A stretch of 64,000 bases of DNA. Source: Nemertoderma westbladi. Lineage: Eukaryota; Animalia; Xenacoelomorpha. Of the stretch, positions 37,201-49,589 are shown piece after piece (positions within the stretch are counted from its first letter, which is position 1; each line of letters starts with the position of its first letter). Below the pieces are notes generated by a model. The model ran no database searches. It had not been told where the DNA came from and saw only the letters and a list, made by a program, of their open reading frames with translations. The position numbers and the translations under genes are program-made. The stretch is taken from NCBI GenBank assembly GCA_032718475.1, contig JAUCBJ010006842.1, positions 62,001 through 126,000 on the forward strand, in the 5' to 3' direction.

Positions 37201-37768
37201 TATAAACCTCTTCTATAGATACCTTGAGTTTGTCTATGGGTATCCGACAAATTTCCCAGGTGCAAGTAACAACACTAGTGACCCGTTGCGATAGGGTTGG
37301 CAAAAGGTGAGTCGTTTGGGACATTGCTGACAAGACTGGGGGACCCAACTGAGCACCAACCGACACTGGGGGACCCGACTGAGCATCAACTGACACTGTG
37401 GGACCCTCTGAGCACTAACCGACACTGGGGGAGCGGACTGAGCACCAACCGCTGAAGGTCGACCCAACTGAGCATCAGCCGACACTGGGGGACCCGACTG
37501 AGCACCAACAGACACAGGTTGACCCGACCGAGCACCAACCTACACTGGGGGACTGGACTGCGCGCCAACCACCGCAGGTTGACCCGACTGAGCACCAATC
37601 AACACCGGGGGACCCGACTGAGCACCAACCGACACTGGGCGACCCGACTGAGCACCAACCGGCACAGGTTGACCCGACTGAGCACCAACCGACACACGTT
37701 GACCCAACTGAGCACCAACTGACATGATGGGACCCGACTGAGCACCAACCGACGCTGGGGTACCAGCG
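34245..37768 (-). mobile_element. Second CRE-clade non-LTR retrotransposon, longer and decayed
   Basis: Homologous motifs AAGPSGLD, IDATNAFN, GSTQGD, GASAWLN, RHNEIHD, ARLDVSVSGFW spread over several frames. Poly-T 34245-34256 with TTTATT next to it. Confidence 0.9.
37330..37760 (-). repeat. 30-bp tandem repeat at the CRE 5' end (SVGAQSGPPV-type decapeptides)
   Basis: About 14 copies of gacccgactgagcaccaaccgacactgggg. Confidence 0.93.
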
Positions 37769-38299
37769 TATAATATAATATATAATATTATATATTATAT
37801 TATAATACCATATAATATTGAGTTGCTCTGGATGTAAAAAGGTATATCTGTATACAGCAAGCCTAGGGAAACATTATTCTCACTGTCTATGTTTCCAAAC
37901 TCTAGAGAATTTCGAAAATCTCAGTCACTTACCTTTCCCTTATGAGACAACAGAAAGTGTCGCAGATGGTCAATTACTTATTGTTGCATGGGATGTAGAA
38001 GGAATTAATTTAACAGATGATACCACATTAGATGAAATGACATTTTGTGACATCCGATGTTATTTTGATGACTGAGACATTTGCGAGTGAGGTTAACCTT
38101 CCTGGATATGAAACATTCAATTCACCCTATGATAAAAACAAGACAGGACACTCCACAAACAGATGTATCAGATATTTTACTGGAACTCATACCTTTGATC
38201 TCAGATAATTGTATATGGCGATTTCAATTGTAGAATAGATGCGTCAGGTGAAAGGGGCAATGTGAGCTTCTGGGAGCAAACCTTCAGTGCATTAATAAT

Positions 38300-38900
38300 C
38301 CTGTAGTTCCAACCTACTACTGTTGGAATGGAAGCAGTGCAATTGTTTTATTCTTTGTTGATACGTCACTGCTAGACAGTGTTGAAATAAACGTGCAACC
38401 AACAGTTAACACAAAGCATCAACATGTTCGTGTGAACCTTCAATGTAAAGGATTGGAAACAAAGAAACCACGCACTACAGTGATAAAAAGTCCTCCAAGG
38501 GGGGAGACACACTTGCGCCGTTCTTGTTCATAACTGTGGTTCACTATGCGTAATTTTGTCGACAAGCCGGCACAGAATTCTTAAAAATGCAGCTGCAATG
38601 CAGCATGCCGATCCTAGTAGTGAAATGTAGAAATGGAGGACGTTTATCAAACGATGATATTTTACTATTTAATGGAAAACAAATACAATTCGTAAGAAGT
38701 TTCGAATACCTCGGAATAGTCATCGGTCACCCCAAAATAGTCCATCGCATCGGCTCATTACCTACACCTATATAATAATGGAATAGCATGCTGTTCGCGC
38801 TTGGCTTGTAAAGTTAAGTTGACCTTGATCTCGATGCTTTCACCAAAGATGTTGTCGCTAGGCATTGGCTACCTACAGTGACGTATGGGTGTGAGTTTTT
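38300..38900 (+). pseudogene. Highly decayed LINE RT fragments
   Basis: gtcctccaaggg...acacttgcgcc.ttcttgttcataa matches 58055-58100. Also RNGGRL...FNGKQIQFVRSFEYLGI. Confidence 0.65.
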
Positions 38901-39199
38901 ACGACAGGTTATGGCATACATTTGGTATTTTTATTCGATATTTTATTTCTTCATTATAATTCTGTTATTTAAATCGCGATAAAATTAATTAAATCGCGAT
39001 TTGTTTTATCGCGATTTAATTAATTTTAATCATTTATAATTTAACTGCTGCTCTAAATTATTGTACATTAAGTTTCCGATGTATTCTGTGTGATATCCAA
39101 ATTCTCTTATCTGTTTCCTGCAATAATTTCATCCGGAATCCAATATAATGAAATGCTGAACATATATGAGCAAAAGTCTGAATCGAAGGTCTTGAAGGA

Positions 39200-39490
39200 T
39201 TCAACAAAGACAACAGGAAGATGTCATGCTTGTCTTCCTTTTTTAATAAATCGTCAAATATCCTTATAATTGTCAAAATGGGCTCCAAGGTCCCATGAGG
39301 TTTATGGAACACATTCTGATTTCCACGGAGCAGTCTCTCAATGGGATCCCTGATGCGATTTAATATAATTGTATTGTATTAGCTTTCAAGCAATCGAGAT
39401 CAACGAGATTCCCTGAAAAATTGCAGTGTTAGGTTGCCCTTCTTGGGAACTGGCACCAACTTTTTGTTTTCATTTCTTGTGGGACTTTTT
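39200..39490 (-). mobile_element. Inverted RTE LINE fragment
   Basis: Reverse complement of 57610-57880 (ttggtgccagttcccaagaagggcaacctaacact; cgcatcagggatcccattgagagactg). Confidence 0.8.
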
Positions 39491-40486
39491 TTGTAATATA
39501 GTTAGAATAATTTAGTGCTAATTAGCAGCATAAAATTATTATTATTACTAAGAACACTACTCTTCTTACAAACATTTAGCTGACTATGTCCACCAATTAA
39601 TACTCGATATTGAGTTGAATCATTCCACACATTTTGTCACGTTTTTGGCACTTTTGGACTGAAAATACTGACTTTTTGGTTCACCTTTTTTCAGTGACCT
39701 TATTATAAAAGCTGATTTTTGGATTTTTAGAGTCCTGATATCATTATTAACACTTCCCAATGAAATTCCATCGTGAAATATATAATTTTGCAAAAGTTAG
39801 TGCAAGTAACTCGAAATTTTCACATTTTTAAAGTCTATATATTAGCCATTCGATCCTACTAAGGTTTTCGCATGCGCTGATTCCATTTGTAACATTCATA
39901 AATTGGTTAGATTGTCCAAATGGGCGCAAAAATGAAAAGACCCCCTTACTAGCACTTTTCAAAAATCGAAGGTTCAAAAATGCAATTTGGATTGTTCCAA
40001 TCAATTTTATGTTGTTCCGATCGTGATCAGCAGAAAACCCCCATTGGAGTGAAATTTCAATCGGATAAACGATCTGGTAACGTTGCAATTTTTTGGACTA
40101 CTTGCACTTTTCGTTCCAAAATTTGGCCAAAAAAATAAAAATTTTCTTGATCATACAAAATTTTTTTAATTTCCAGTGGAATTAGAACCCCAAAAAATCC
40201 ATCTACACTTAGAATAGGATTGACATCAGAAAATCACAAACTACTTAATTTATAGAATAATTTGCGTGATTTCACTTTCACCTCTGGAAAGGGGATCTCA
40301 TAAATGGATCTTTGATGGACACGACTTCTTCAAATTCATTTTTCGAATACTTAAAATAACATTCAAGGCAAGTATTATAGCGCATTCGAAAGGTAAATAA
40401 ATTTTCTATTCACTTTTATGAATAACTCAAAATCTTCCAGAAGACCAGTTAAATTTGACATTTGTCTATAAATCATCAAGGCCCTC

Positions 40487-41872
40487 ATGTTCTAGAACAT
40501 TATTAAAAAATAAAAATAGTACATTAATTTTTTTAATTTTTTTTTAAATTGCTCTAGAACAAAAAATATTTTTTCTAGAACATATATATATTTATTTTTT
40601 TAATAGCTAACATATTCTAGAACATGTTCATAAAATAAATAGCAAAAACTAGCTAGTAAAATAAATTTGAGGGGGGGGGGGGGGGGGGGGTGTACCTATA
40701 ACACACTTTTCTATACAAAAAGTAACAAGAACTAGCTACTACAAAATATTTATAGAGGGAAGTAGGATGTCGGAACCAGTGTCGAAATTACTAGCTAAAC
40801 CTACCTAAAACACTAGCAACCATAAAATTTTGTATCTTACTTAACGAGGAGGCTTCAAGTACCGGTACGTCCATTGATCAAATTGCAGCAAATGAAAATT
40901 TATAGAACTCTCCCCATATCAAAATATCAAAATAGTGTAAAAAAATCTTGCCCCCCCCAGTCACCGCCCCCAGTTAACTCGATGGCATGGCCTAAGTACG
41001 CCTTTTATCTAACTAAGTTTGGACCCATTTGATGCATGCAGGAAGTTCTATCTTGAGTCATTGATCTTTCATGAATGTGTTTATATTGTTATAAATTTCA
41101 TTATGGTGCATCACGATGGCTCAAAATGTCAACCAGAACACTACCAAAACAATAGTCAAAAACTAGCTAAAGTGTTCTGGAATATAGTTGTTATAGTGAT
41201 AAACACGTAACTATTGATAAAATTCATTCCAAAAAATATTGGAAAAATGGTTATACATACCATAGTAATGCCCTTGGGGTCCGTGAAGATATAGACGAAA
41301 ATTAAAGAAATTTTTGTTGCCTTATTTTTTTACAATTTGGCAACTTTTGTGCACCGGTAGAACAATGAAATCGAAAAAAGTAAAAAACGCACCGTCCTAT
41401 TATACAATAAGTCTTCTCTATGTAATTAATTTCTGAATATATGACCTTAATACAGTGAAATCATTCTTTTAAAATTAGCGATTAAAAAAATACTAGGTAC
41501 ACCCCACCCACCCACTCACCTTGCCAGCAACGATAAAAATTAGATGAAACAAATTCTACAAAAATTTAAAAAAATATATTTTTTATATTTTTAAAATGTT
41601 CTAGAACAAAAATTATTTGTTATAGAACTTTTTTTCCAGTTCTGACTGTCTGATTAGCGAAGATGTTCTAGAACATTATTCAAAAGTAAAAATAGTACAT
41701 TAATTTTTTTATAATTTTTTAAAAAATGTTCTAGGACAAAAAATATTTGTTCTAGAACATTTATAAATTTTTTATAAATTAGCTAACATGTTCTAGAACA
41801 TGTTCATAAAAAGAAATAACAAAAACTAGAGAGTAAAAAATTTTTTAGGGGGGTGTACCTATAACACACTAG
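40487..41872. repeat. Dispersed ~210-bp repeat pair (40487-40707, 41663-41872) rich in TGTTCTAGAACA palindromes
   Basis: Both copies end G(n)TGTACCTATAACACACT. The second ends in CTAG-T, possibly a Helitron-like 3' end. Confidence 0.7.
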
Positions 41873-43962
41873 TACCAAAAACGTTTTCTACAAACATTAA
41901 TGATATTACATGAAATTTGATATTGAGATAGTTCGGTACTACTATGTTATGGGTACCCACTTTTTGACCATTTATTTGACAATGTTAATGGCTATTATCT
42001 TGAGGTTTTTTGTTTTAGAACATTAATGTCATCTTCTGTTAGACGTTAGCTATTGTTTTTTATGGTAGCCAGTGATTTCTTTTAGGTAGCTACTATTTTA
42101 AAATTACAAAACCGAATTTTTGGTACCTAATTTTTGATCAATTTTTTTACCATGTTATTGGATATTATCATGATGTTTTTCGTTCTAGAACATAAATTTC
42201 ACCTTCTGAGAGTGGTTACCTATTATTTTTTATTATGGTAGCTAGTGTGTTTAAAGGTAGCTTGTGATCTTAAAATTACAAAATAAATTTTGTAGTGGCC
42301 CTTTTATTTAGACAATTTCCATATCATCAATATATTCACGCAATTAATAAAAAACTAAATAAATCTAGTAATAAGTAAAATAGGCCTAAATAAGTAAAAT
42401 ATGTAAAAACTCTATTTTGACATCTGCCTATATTTTGTATAAAATATAAAAAACTAGCTAGTGAATAATTACTAGCTACTTTGACTATCAAATAAAAATT
42501 ACTAGCTACACCATGACTCATAAATTATTCCATGCAAATATATAATTGAGAATTAAATTACCGGTATATCTTACATTTACTACAGTAGCTAATAAATACT
42601 GGCCGTGCAATGCAAGGATTCCAAATATGCAAAAATTTTTAATTTGGTTTGGAAGTAGCTGATATATGTATGTATTTACTCCCGCTGCAGGCAATTTATT
42701 TGCAATTTATGTTGCATGCTATGCATTTATTAAATAGAATAAATGGCCTGCAGCAGAAGCAATTATATGCAACATTCAAATGCCTATATATCAGCTATTT
42801 CCAAACCAAATTAAAATATTTTTACATATTTGGAATTCTTGCGCGGCCAGCTTTCCACTAGTACAAACAAATCATTATAAGGTTGAAGAATAACAGCGGT
42901 ATAACTGGTGTAATATCGAGGATGACATTTTTTTAAACACTTGTAGCTAAAGAATAAAAGCAAAAATAAAAATTCTGGCTCATCCACGGAGGAGGAGACA
43001 GGTGAAACTATATATGTTTCATATGTTTCAAATTTCATGCAATCTCATTAAGATTTGTAGAACAATTTATGGGGGAGGGCATGTACCTGAATAACGACAC
43101 TATAATCCAGGACATATGGGGTATGGAATGATATCAGTAACATCATTGTTTTCTACTTAACTTATCATTCAAGGCAGTAAACTCTATACCTACGCATACG
43201 CCTACACACATACTAAGACTTGGTTGGACGCAGGTTAAAAAATAAGCAGTTAGGACTATTGTGGAAAACTCAATTTAATTGAGAATCAACAGTCAGGTGT
43301 ATTTGAATAGGCCTACCGGCTTGCGGTTAGGCTTGCGGTACATGTGTGTGTAGGCATAGGCGTCTTAGCGTAGGTATCATTCAACGATATGTTATAACAA
43401 TGTTATATATCTATTCAGTATGTATACTGTAGGCTAATGTGGTAAAGTATGTATAGGGTAATGATTTAATGGTAGATATTTTTGGTATACTGGTACTAAT
43501 ATAATATAGTTCTGGAATTTAGAGATCGCCCTGGTCTTTAGTTTAGTTTAGTTTATTTCGCCACACATGTTAAAATACATAAATACAACAAACAATTATA
43601 CCTGGCATCAACTTATAAATACGCTACTGCGTGTTACACGGGATTGTTGCTAAATAATGATAAACACGGGAAATAGAATTATTACACAATTATACAGTAG
43701 GTTTTCCACTGTTTAAAAAATTAAAATAAGTACAATTATTATTATTATTGCACTCAAAATACACCTAATGGTGTACATCATCAAAAAGATAATTAATTTC
43801 TCTATTAGTTGAAAATATGATGAAATGCAAATTACAATTACACTCAAAATACGATACGATATACAATACAATAAAATCACGTAAAATAAAATAAAATAAA
43901 TCAGTGATTTAAAAATAAGAATTTAAATTTTTAAACGTTGGGGGGAACGGGACAATGTAAAA

Positions 43963-46907
43963 TCAATAAAGGTACCGGTGGAGAGTAAAATGCGCACTGG
44001 CTACTTGTCGCACGGGGACATCACTGTATATGTTCATAATGGCCTCTATGGCCTTGTCTAGACGGTTCTTAAAGATATTTACGGACGGATTTCCAAGGAT
44101 ATCACGCGCATTCACTATGTCTTCACTTAACCTATTCCATATATTCACGACCCTAGTCGCGAAACTGTTGACATGAGGCAAATGGTGACCAGCAGTATTC
44201 CGTTTGTATAGCGCTAAAGACGACCCTCAGGTAGCGTAGGAGTGACGTTGGTTTTTGAATTCAAAGAATTTACTTAAGTCGACCCTATCAATCCTATGAA
44301 CAAACTTGTATGTATTTATCATATCGGCTCGAATCCGTCTGTATATCAATGTAGGTATGCCAAGTGATCGGAGGCGTTCTTCATACGTCATATCTTGAAG
44401 GGAGGGAACAATTTTGGTAGCACGATGTTGAACTCGTTCTATTAACTCTATGTCTTTCTGTTGGTAGGGGCACCAAACACCAGTAGCGTACTCAAGAAGG
44501 GGACGTATAATGGATCGATACAGGTTTAAAAACATTCGTGGTTCCATAAATGTAAACGTGTGCTTAACAAGGTTGAGAATTCGGGTCGCTCGGGCAGCGA
44601 TGGTGGTACAATGAGTTGAGAACGACAAGTTGGAACTGAAGGTCACACCCAGATCTTTTTCTTCACTAACAGTTTCTAGAACGTTGCCATTCAATAAGTA
44701 TGAATACTGAGGATTCTCACGCCCTAGATGAATCACCTTAGATTTTGAAGGGTTGAAATGGAGATGCCAACGACTAGCCCAATCGACAAGTGAGTCTAGA
44801 TCGGTCTGGAGAATATCAAGATCCACTGAACTATGGATTGGCCTATAAATTTTGGTGTCATCAACAAAGATTTTGCAAATCGACGATACCATATCCGGAA
44901 TATCATTCACAAAGATCAAGAACAGAATTGGCGCGGTCACCATACCTTGCGGCACACCACTGGAAACCACCCGATACCCACTCAGTACCCCGTTTACACG
45001 TACACACTGTGTACGGTCAGTGAGAAAATTGCAGACCCACACAGCCACGTTACCCTTGATCCCGTACGCATTCAACTTTTGGAGAAGCAACTTATGTGAT
45101 ACCGTATCAGATGCACGTCGCAGGTCAAGATATACTACATTGGCGCCAAGAGTGTGTAAATCGTCTACATAGGAACAGAAATCTTCTAGTACTTCCAATA
45201 GTTGGGTAACCGTGGATCGGTGGGACCTACCACCATGCTGTGAATCTGTGAACAGATCATTTGATTCGAAATGATAAACCATAGCATCTCTGATAAACTT
45301 TTCACAAACCTTAGCCAGGATGCACGTGAGGGAGATGGGCCGGTAATTCTCAGGATTGTGTTTCGGGGGTTTCTTAAGCAGAGGATTAATAATTGCTATA
45401 CGCCAATCGTCTGGTACCTCACCAGTGTCAAAAGATCGTCGAAATATACTGTGACACGGAACGGCAAGTACGCTTGCCAATTCCTTAATAACCCTACTAT
45501 GAAGAAGGTCAGGGCCGGCAGACTTATTGGGATTAAGCTCGCTCAATGACTCGAGTACATCATCAACTGAAAAGTCGATATTCTCTAATGGAGTAACATT
45601 AGCACCAATGTGACTAGTGTCCGGGCAATACCCACTCGGAATGTCCTCATCGTTGGAGAAAACTGCAGCAAATGTCTCACTGAAGATTTCCGCCATCCCT
45701 GACTCCGAACTCACAGTTTCATTCTGACTACGAAGTGGCCCTAACGGGCACCTGTTTTTCCTTTTGGAATTTACATATTTCCAAAAAACTTTCGGGTTCG
45801 AGCTGGAAAGTTCGGCTATTTGTTCCTCATGGTCCCTTTTAGCTTTCCAACACGCCCTTCTAGCATACTGTCTAGCACGGACATATCGATCACGGTTCCG
45901 CTCTGTGCGAAATGAGCGCCACCGCTGAAAGAATACCTGTTTCCGTTGTACAGCGGTGATCACTGAATGAGTCATCCATGGTTGCTTATAGCTATTTACC
46001 CTACTACTAGTGGTTGGGACGAAAACACCTTGACCGGATAAGAGCTCAGATTTCAGGTCGTTCCATTAGTTGACTTTTCAGCGAACCGCTCACCCCAAGG
46101 GACGTCTCTCAATGAGACACGCCAGCCCTCATAATCAGCACTGTCATACCGGAAGTGAGATGATCTGGGTTCAGGGGGTACTGAAAGTATTTTCAATTGA
46201 CCATAAACTACACCATGGTCTGATTTACCCACACCGCTTAAAACACGAACATCAGATATAGCATCATGCGATTTTGTAAAAAATAAATCAAGTATTGAAT
46301 CGGTACCCTCGGTAGAAAACCAGGTAGGCTCATAAACATGTTGAGTTAGGTGTCTATCTAAAAAGAAGGTTAAAAAAGCACGTTCAAACGGTCGAGATTT
46401 GCACGATACAGTTAACGTCTGCCAGTTAATTTCAGGGAAATTAAAATCTCCGAGTAGTAGCAACTCACTACTCGTATCAGTACAACCATTCAAATGATCA
46501 ATTAAACAATGTAAGTGGGCATTATTTACATCACTGGACGAGGTCGATCTATAAATACAGGTTACAATAAACTTTGGACCTTTGTGCACATTAATCTCAG
46601 CACAAACAAAATCCGAAAAAAGACTATGTGCAAAATTGACATCAAACTTATTAACCGAGTAGAAAGAAGACATTTTTATATACAGGGCGACTCCACCACC
46701 TGATAGATTACGGTCACATCTAAATAGGTGGTAGGGCCCCAGGGATAATGCTTCGTCACAAAAACTTTCATCTACCCAAGTTTCAGTTATTGCAATAATA
46801 TCCGGTTTTTGTATTCCCACTCTAACTTTTAGTTCGTTTAGTTTATTACGTACACATTGAGCATTTAAATTTAATACAGAAAAGCCATTAACTACAGACC
46901 ACTGCAC
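43963..46907 (-). pseudogene. CR1 ORF2 (APE endonuclease plus RT), frameshifted
   Basis: IAITETW, GGGVALY, GDFN, LDLFF, SDH; PENYRPISLT, GVPQG, FVDD, EKDLGV, RPLLEY, VVNIWNRL. Frameshifts near 46060 and 44220. Confidence 0.92.
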
Positions 46908-46943
46908 ATCCTCGTCAAGAATTATTGATGATACACCTGCGGG

Positions 46944-48953
46944 TCAGACTGATTCATTAGAATCAACGTTGTGCGTCATCTCAAACCCCAATTGAACCAA
47001 ATCATTCACAGTCGACTCAGGTTGAAATGAAACGTTTAATAGTGATCCAGCTAACCCAGGTGAAATGTGGTCGTTCCTCGGTGACCCAGTTGGAACCGGA
47101 ACGTTCCTCATTTCCCCAGGGGTAATGTGATCGCTCCTCTGCGACCCTGTTGGAACGGGATCGTTCCTCATTGACCCCGGCGAAACGTGTTCGTTCCTCA
47201 TCGACCCTGGCGAAAGGTGATCGTTCCTCATCGACCCAGGCTGAACGTGATCGTTCCTCATCGACCCAGATGGAACGAGATCGTTCCTCATCGACACAGA
47301 CGGAACGCGATCTTTCCTCATCGACCCTGGCGAAACGTGATCGTTCCTCATCGACCCAGGCTGAATGTGATCGTTCCTCATCGACCCAGGCTGAAAATGA
47401 TCGTTCCTCATCGACCCAGATGAAACGAGATCGTTCCTAATCGACACGGGCAGAATGTGATCGTTCCTCATCGACATGGGCGGAATGTGATCTTTCCTCA
47501 TCGACCCAGGCGAAACGGGATCGTTCCTCATCAACCCAGGCGGAACGTGATCATTCCTCACCGACCCAGGTGGAATGTGATCGTTCCTCACCAACCCAGG
47601 TGGAACGTCATCATTCCTCATCGACCCATGCGGAATGTGATCGTTCCTCATTGACCCAGGCGGAACGTGATCTTTCCTCATCGACCAAGGCGGAACGTGA
47701 TCTTTCCTCATCGATCCTTGCAGACATGGATCATTCCTCATCGGTCCAGAGTCGACTAATTGGGGTGTAACATGTGGAGAGACGTTCCACATCGACCTAT
47801 GCAAAACATCTTGAACTGGACCACTCCCCAGCCTCTCTGACCAAGTAGATTCGTGCGTTGATTGTGTACTTGTTCCTCCAGGAAGGATGTCATCCAAATT
47901 GGAAACAATCATTGAGTCATCGATAACAACCGTACTATTGGGGTTGACACCAGTTGACGGGTTGGCCCGTCTCCGGGAGTGTTCGTAACGTTTTGTGGCC
48001 TCTTTCCGTTGCTCAAAGGTGCGATCAGGGGTAACTCGCACATTCGGTACAGTTGGGTAGAGGCTGACGTCTGCTGGTACAGCCAGCTGACTGCTTATTC
48101 TTTTGTCAAGAATCGATCGTTGCTGCTCCGGTGAATTCAACGTGACAATAATTTTATTCAGAAAACCACTGCGTCGTCCATCTTTATACTTATGGAGACG
48201 GGATACTCGAGTGACCTTACAGACCGGGGAATTGTAGGTTATAATCGACTTAACAGTGTACTCGTCGCACTGAATCCTTTCCTTGTGGTTCTTTGAGTTA
48301 TGGACCGGTATGCCATGGAGTACAATGTTTCGCTCCCGCGCATTCCTTTGTTCGAGTTCGGTAACACGTAGGTTGATATGTGAAGCGTCACGAGTGTTCG
48401 CGTTAGGTGGCCACTTCCCCGGCAACCACGGGCCATCCGATTGGCCGGGTTCATCCGTGTCGACGGTAGGCGGATGCGTGGATACTTTCTCGAGGATGGT
48501 CTTTGAGTTATCTTTAAGAATTTCAATACCTTTCAACAATGTGGCAGTGATTTCCTTGAAGGAACTCGCTGACGAGTCACAGGTTTCAACCAGCTTCTTC
48601 CTCCTACGACTATCTTCCCACTGAAGTTCGCAATCATTACATACAATCTTGACATTGCTGCATTTGGAAAGAACGGCAACCTCACTACTGGTCAGCTTCA
48701 TGCACTTTCCATGAACCCACCTGTCGCATAGATCACAGCAAACGCAACTACTGGATTCCTTTTTTGAGCAGTGTGGACATGTGTCCGTAGTGAGCAGCTG
48801 TTCTTCCTTCTTTGTTTTGGAAGTCCCAGATCCACTCACAGTCACGTTGGCCTTCGTAGTTGACTGCCTGCGAGGGGGACCCAAACTCCCATCAATGGAA
48901 ACGGTTTGGTTGGGATTAGGGCCCACTGGATTAGGGGTCACTGGAGGTATCAT
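46944..48953 (-). CDS. CR1 ORF1: PHD finger, RRM-like region, C-terminal decapeptide repeats, 669 aa
   Basis: CPHC...CDLCDRWVHGKC...CNDC, RERNIVLHGIP, VTPDRTFEQR, then about 22 GSMRNDHVPP-like repeats. Confidence 0.9.
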   Translation of the reverse strand: MIPPVTPNPVGPNPNQTVSIDGSLGPPRRQSTTKANVTVSGSGTSKTKKEEQLLTTDTCPHCSKKESSSCVCCDLCDRWVHGKCMKLTSSEVAVLSKCSNVKIVCNDCELQWEDSRRRKKLVETCDSSASSFKEITATLLKGIEILKDNSKTILEKVSTHPPTVDTDEPGQSDGPWLPGKWPPNANTRDASHINLRVTELEQRNARERNIVLHGIPVHNSKNHKERIQCDEYTVKSIITYNSPVCKVTRVSRLHKYKDGRRSGFLNKIIVTLNSPEQQRSILDKRISSQLAVPADVSLYPTVPNVRVTPDRTFEQRKEATKRYEHSRRRANPSTGVNPNSTVVIDDSMIVSNLDDILPGGTSTQSTHESTWSERLGSGPVQDVLHRSMWNVSPHVTPQLVDSGPMRNDPCLQGSMRKDHVPPWSMRKDHVPPGSMRNDHIPHGSMRNDDVPPGLVRNDHIPPGSVRNDHVPPGLMRNDPVSPGSMRKDHIPPMSMRNDHILPVSIRNDLVSSGSMRNDHFQPGSMRNDHIQPGSMRNDHVSPGSMRKDRVPSVSMRNDLVPSGSMRNDHVQPGSMRNDHLSPGSMRNEHVSPGSMRNDPVPTGSQRSDHITPGEMRNVPVPTGSPRNDHISPGLAGSLLNVSFQPESTVNDLVQLGFEMTHNVDSNESV
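47070..47745. repeat. 30-bp coding minisatellite within CR1 ORF1
   Basis: gatcgttcctcatcgacccaggcggaacgt units. Confidence 0.95.
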
Positions 48954-49589
48954 AAAAATCTGTAGTGATTAAATGAACGATCCGTTTATTATTAACCCAC
49001 TGAGAATAAATTTATTGATTTTATTTCCAGCAATATTTCTGCTATTTTACAATGTCATTTTAGAAATTCTTTTGATTAGCTATAAAATTAAAATGTTGAT
49101 GGTATACGGGTTTTCGAGGTCGCATTGCTGGCATTGTACTAGAAAGGCATTTCCTAAAGGAAATGCAACTACGAAGCTGAGGAGAATTAAACAAACGGTT
49201 AACCTTTGGTTCGTTGCTTAGCCTAGTTTAGTAGCAATTGCCAATAATTAACTTCTATTCCCATGGAAACTAAAGTTATCTGGAACTGTTGGTTTAACCT
49301 TTGAAAAAAGATTTAGTCCAGATTGTGGTTCAGATTATAACACATACCGAGTTTCAGAAAATATTGTAGTTTATGTCCAAATTATCGTTTTTCTATCAAA
49401 ATGCATCAGTTTGCAGTGGTTGTCATGGAAACTGAAAAATAGAACAATGTAATTCGGATGCAAAATAACTCATATAGTGGGGGTAGGTGTTGGTCCCAAG
49501 TCATAATACTATTAACTTGCGCTTCAAATTATCATTTTATAAATTTTATATTTATAAATTTTATATTTATGTATGTAGTATATACATGA

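Larger units (their letters stand above)
43537..49150 (-). mobile_element. Near full-length CR1-clade LINE
   Basis: ORF1 with PHD finger, ORF2 with APE and RT, 3' tail aataaa(ctaaa)3 at 43537-43557. 5' boundary approximate. Confidence 0.92.
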
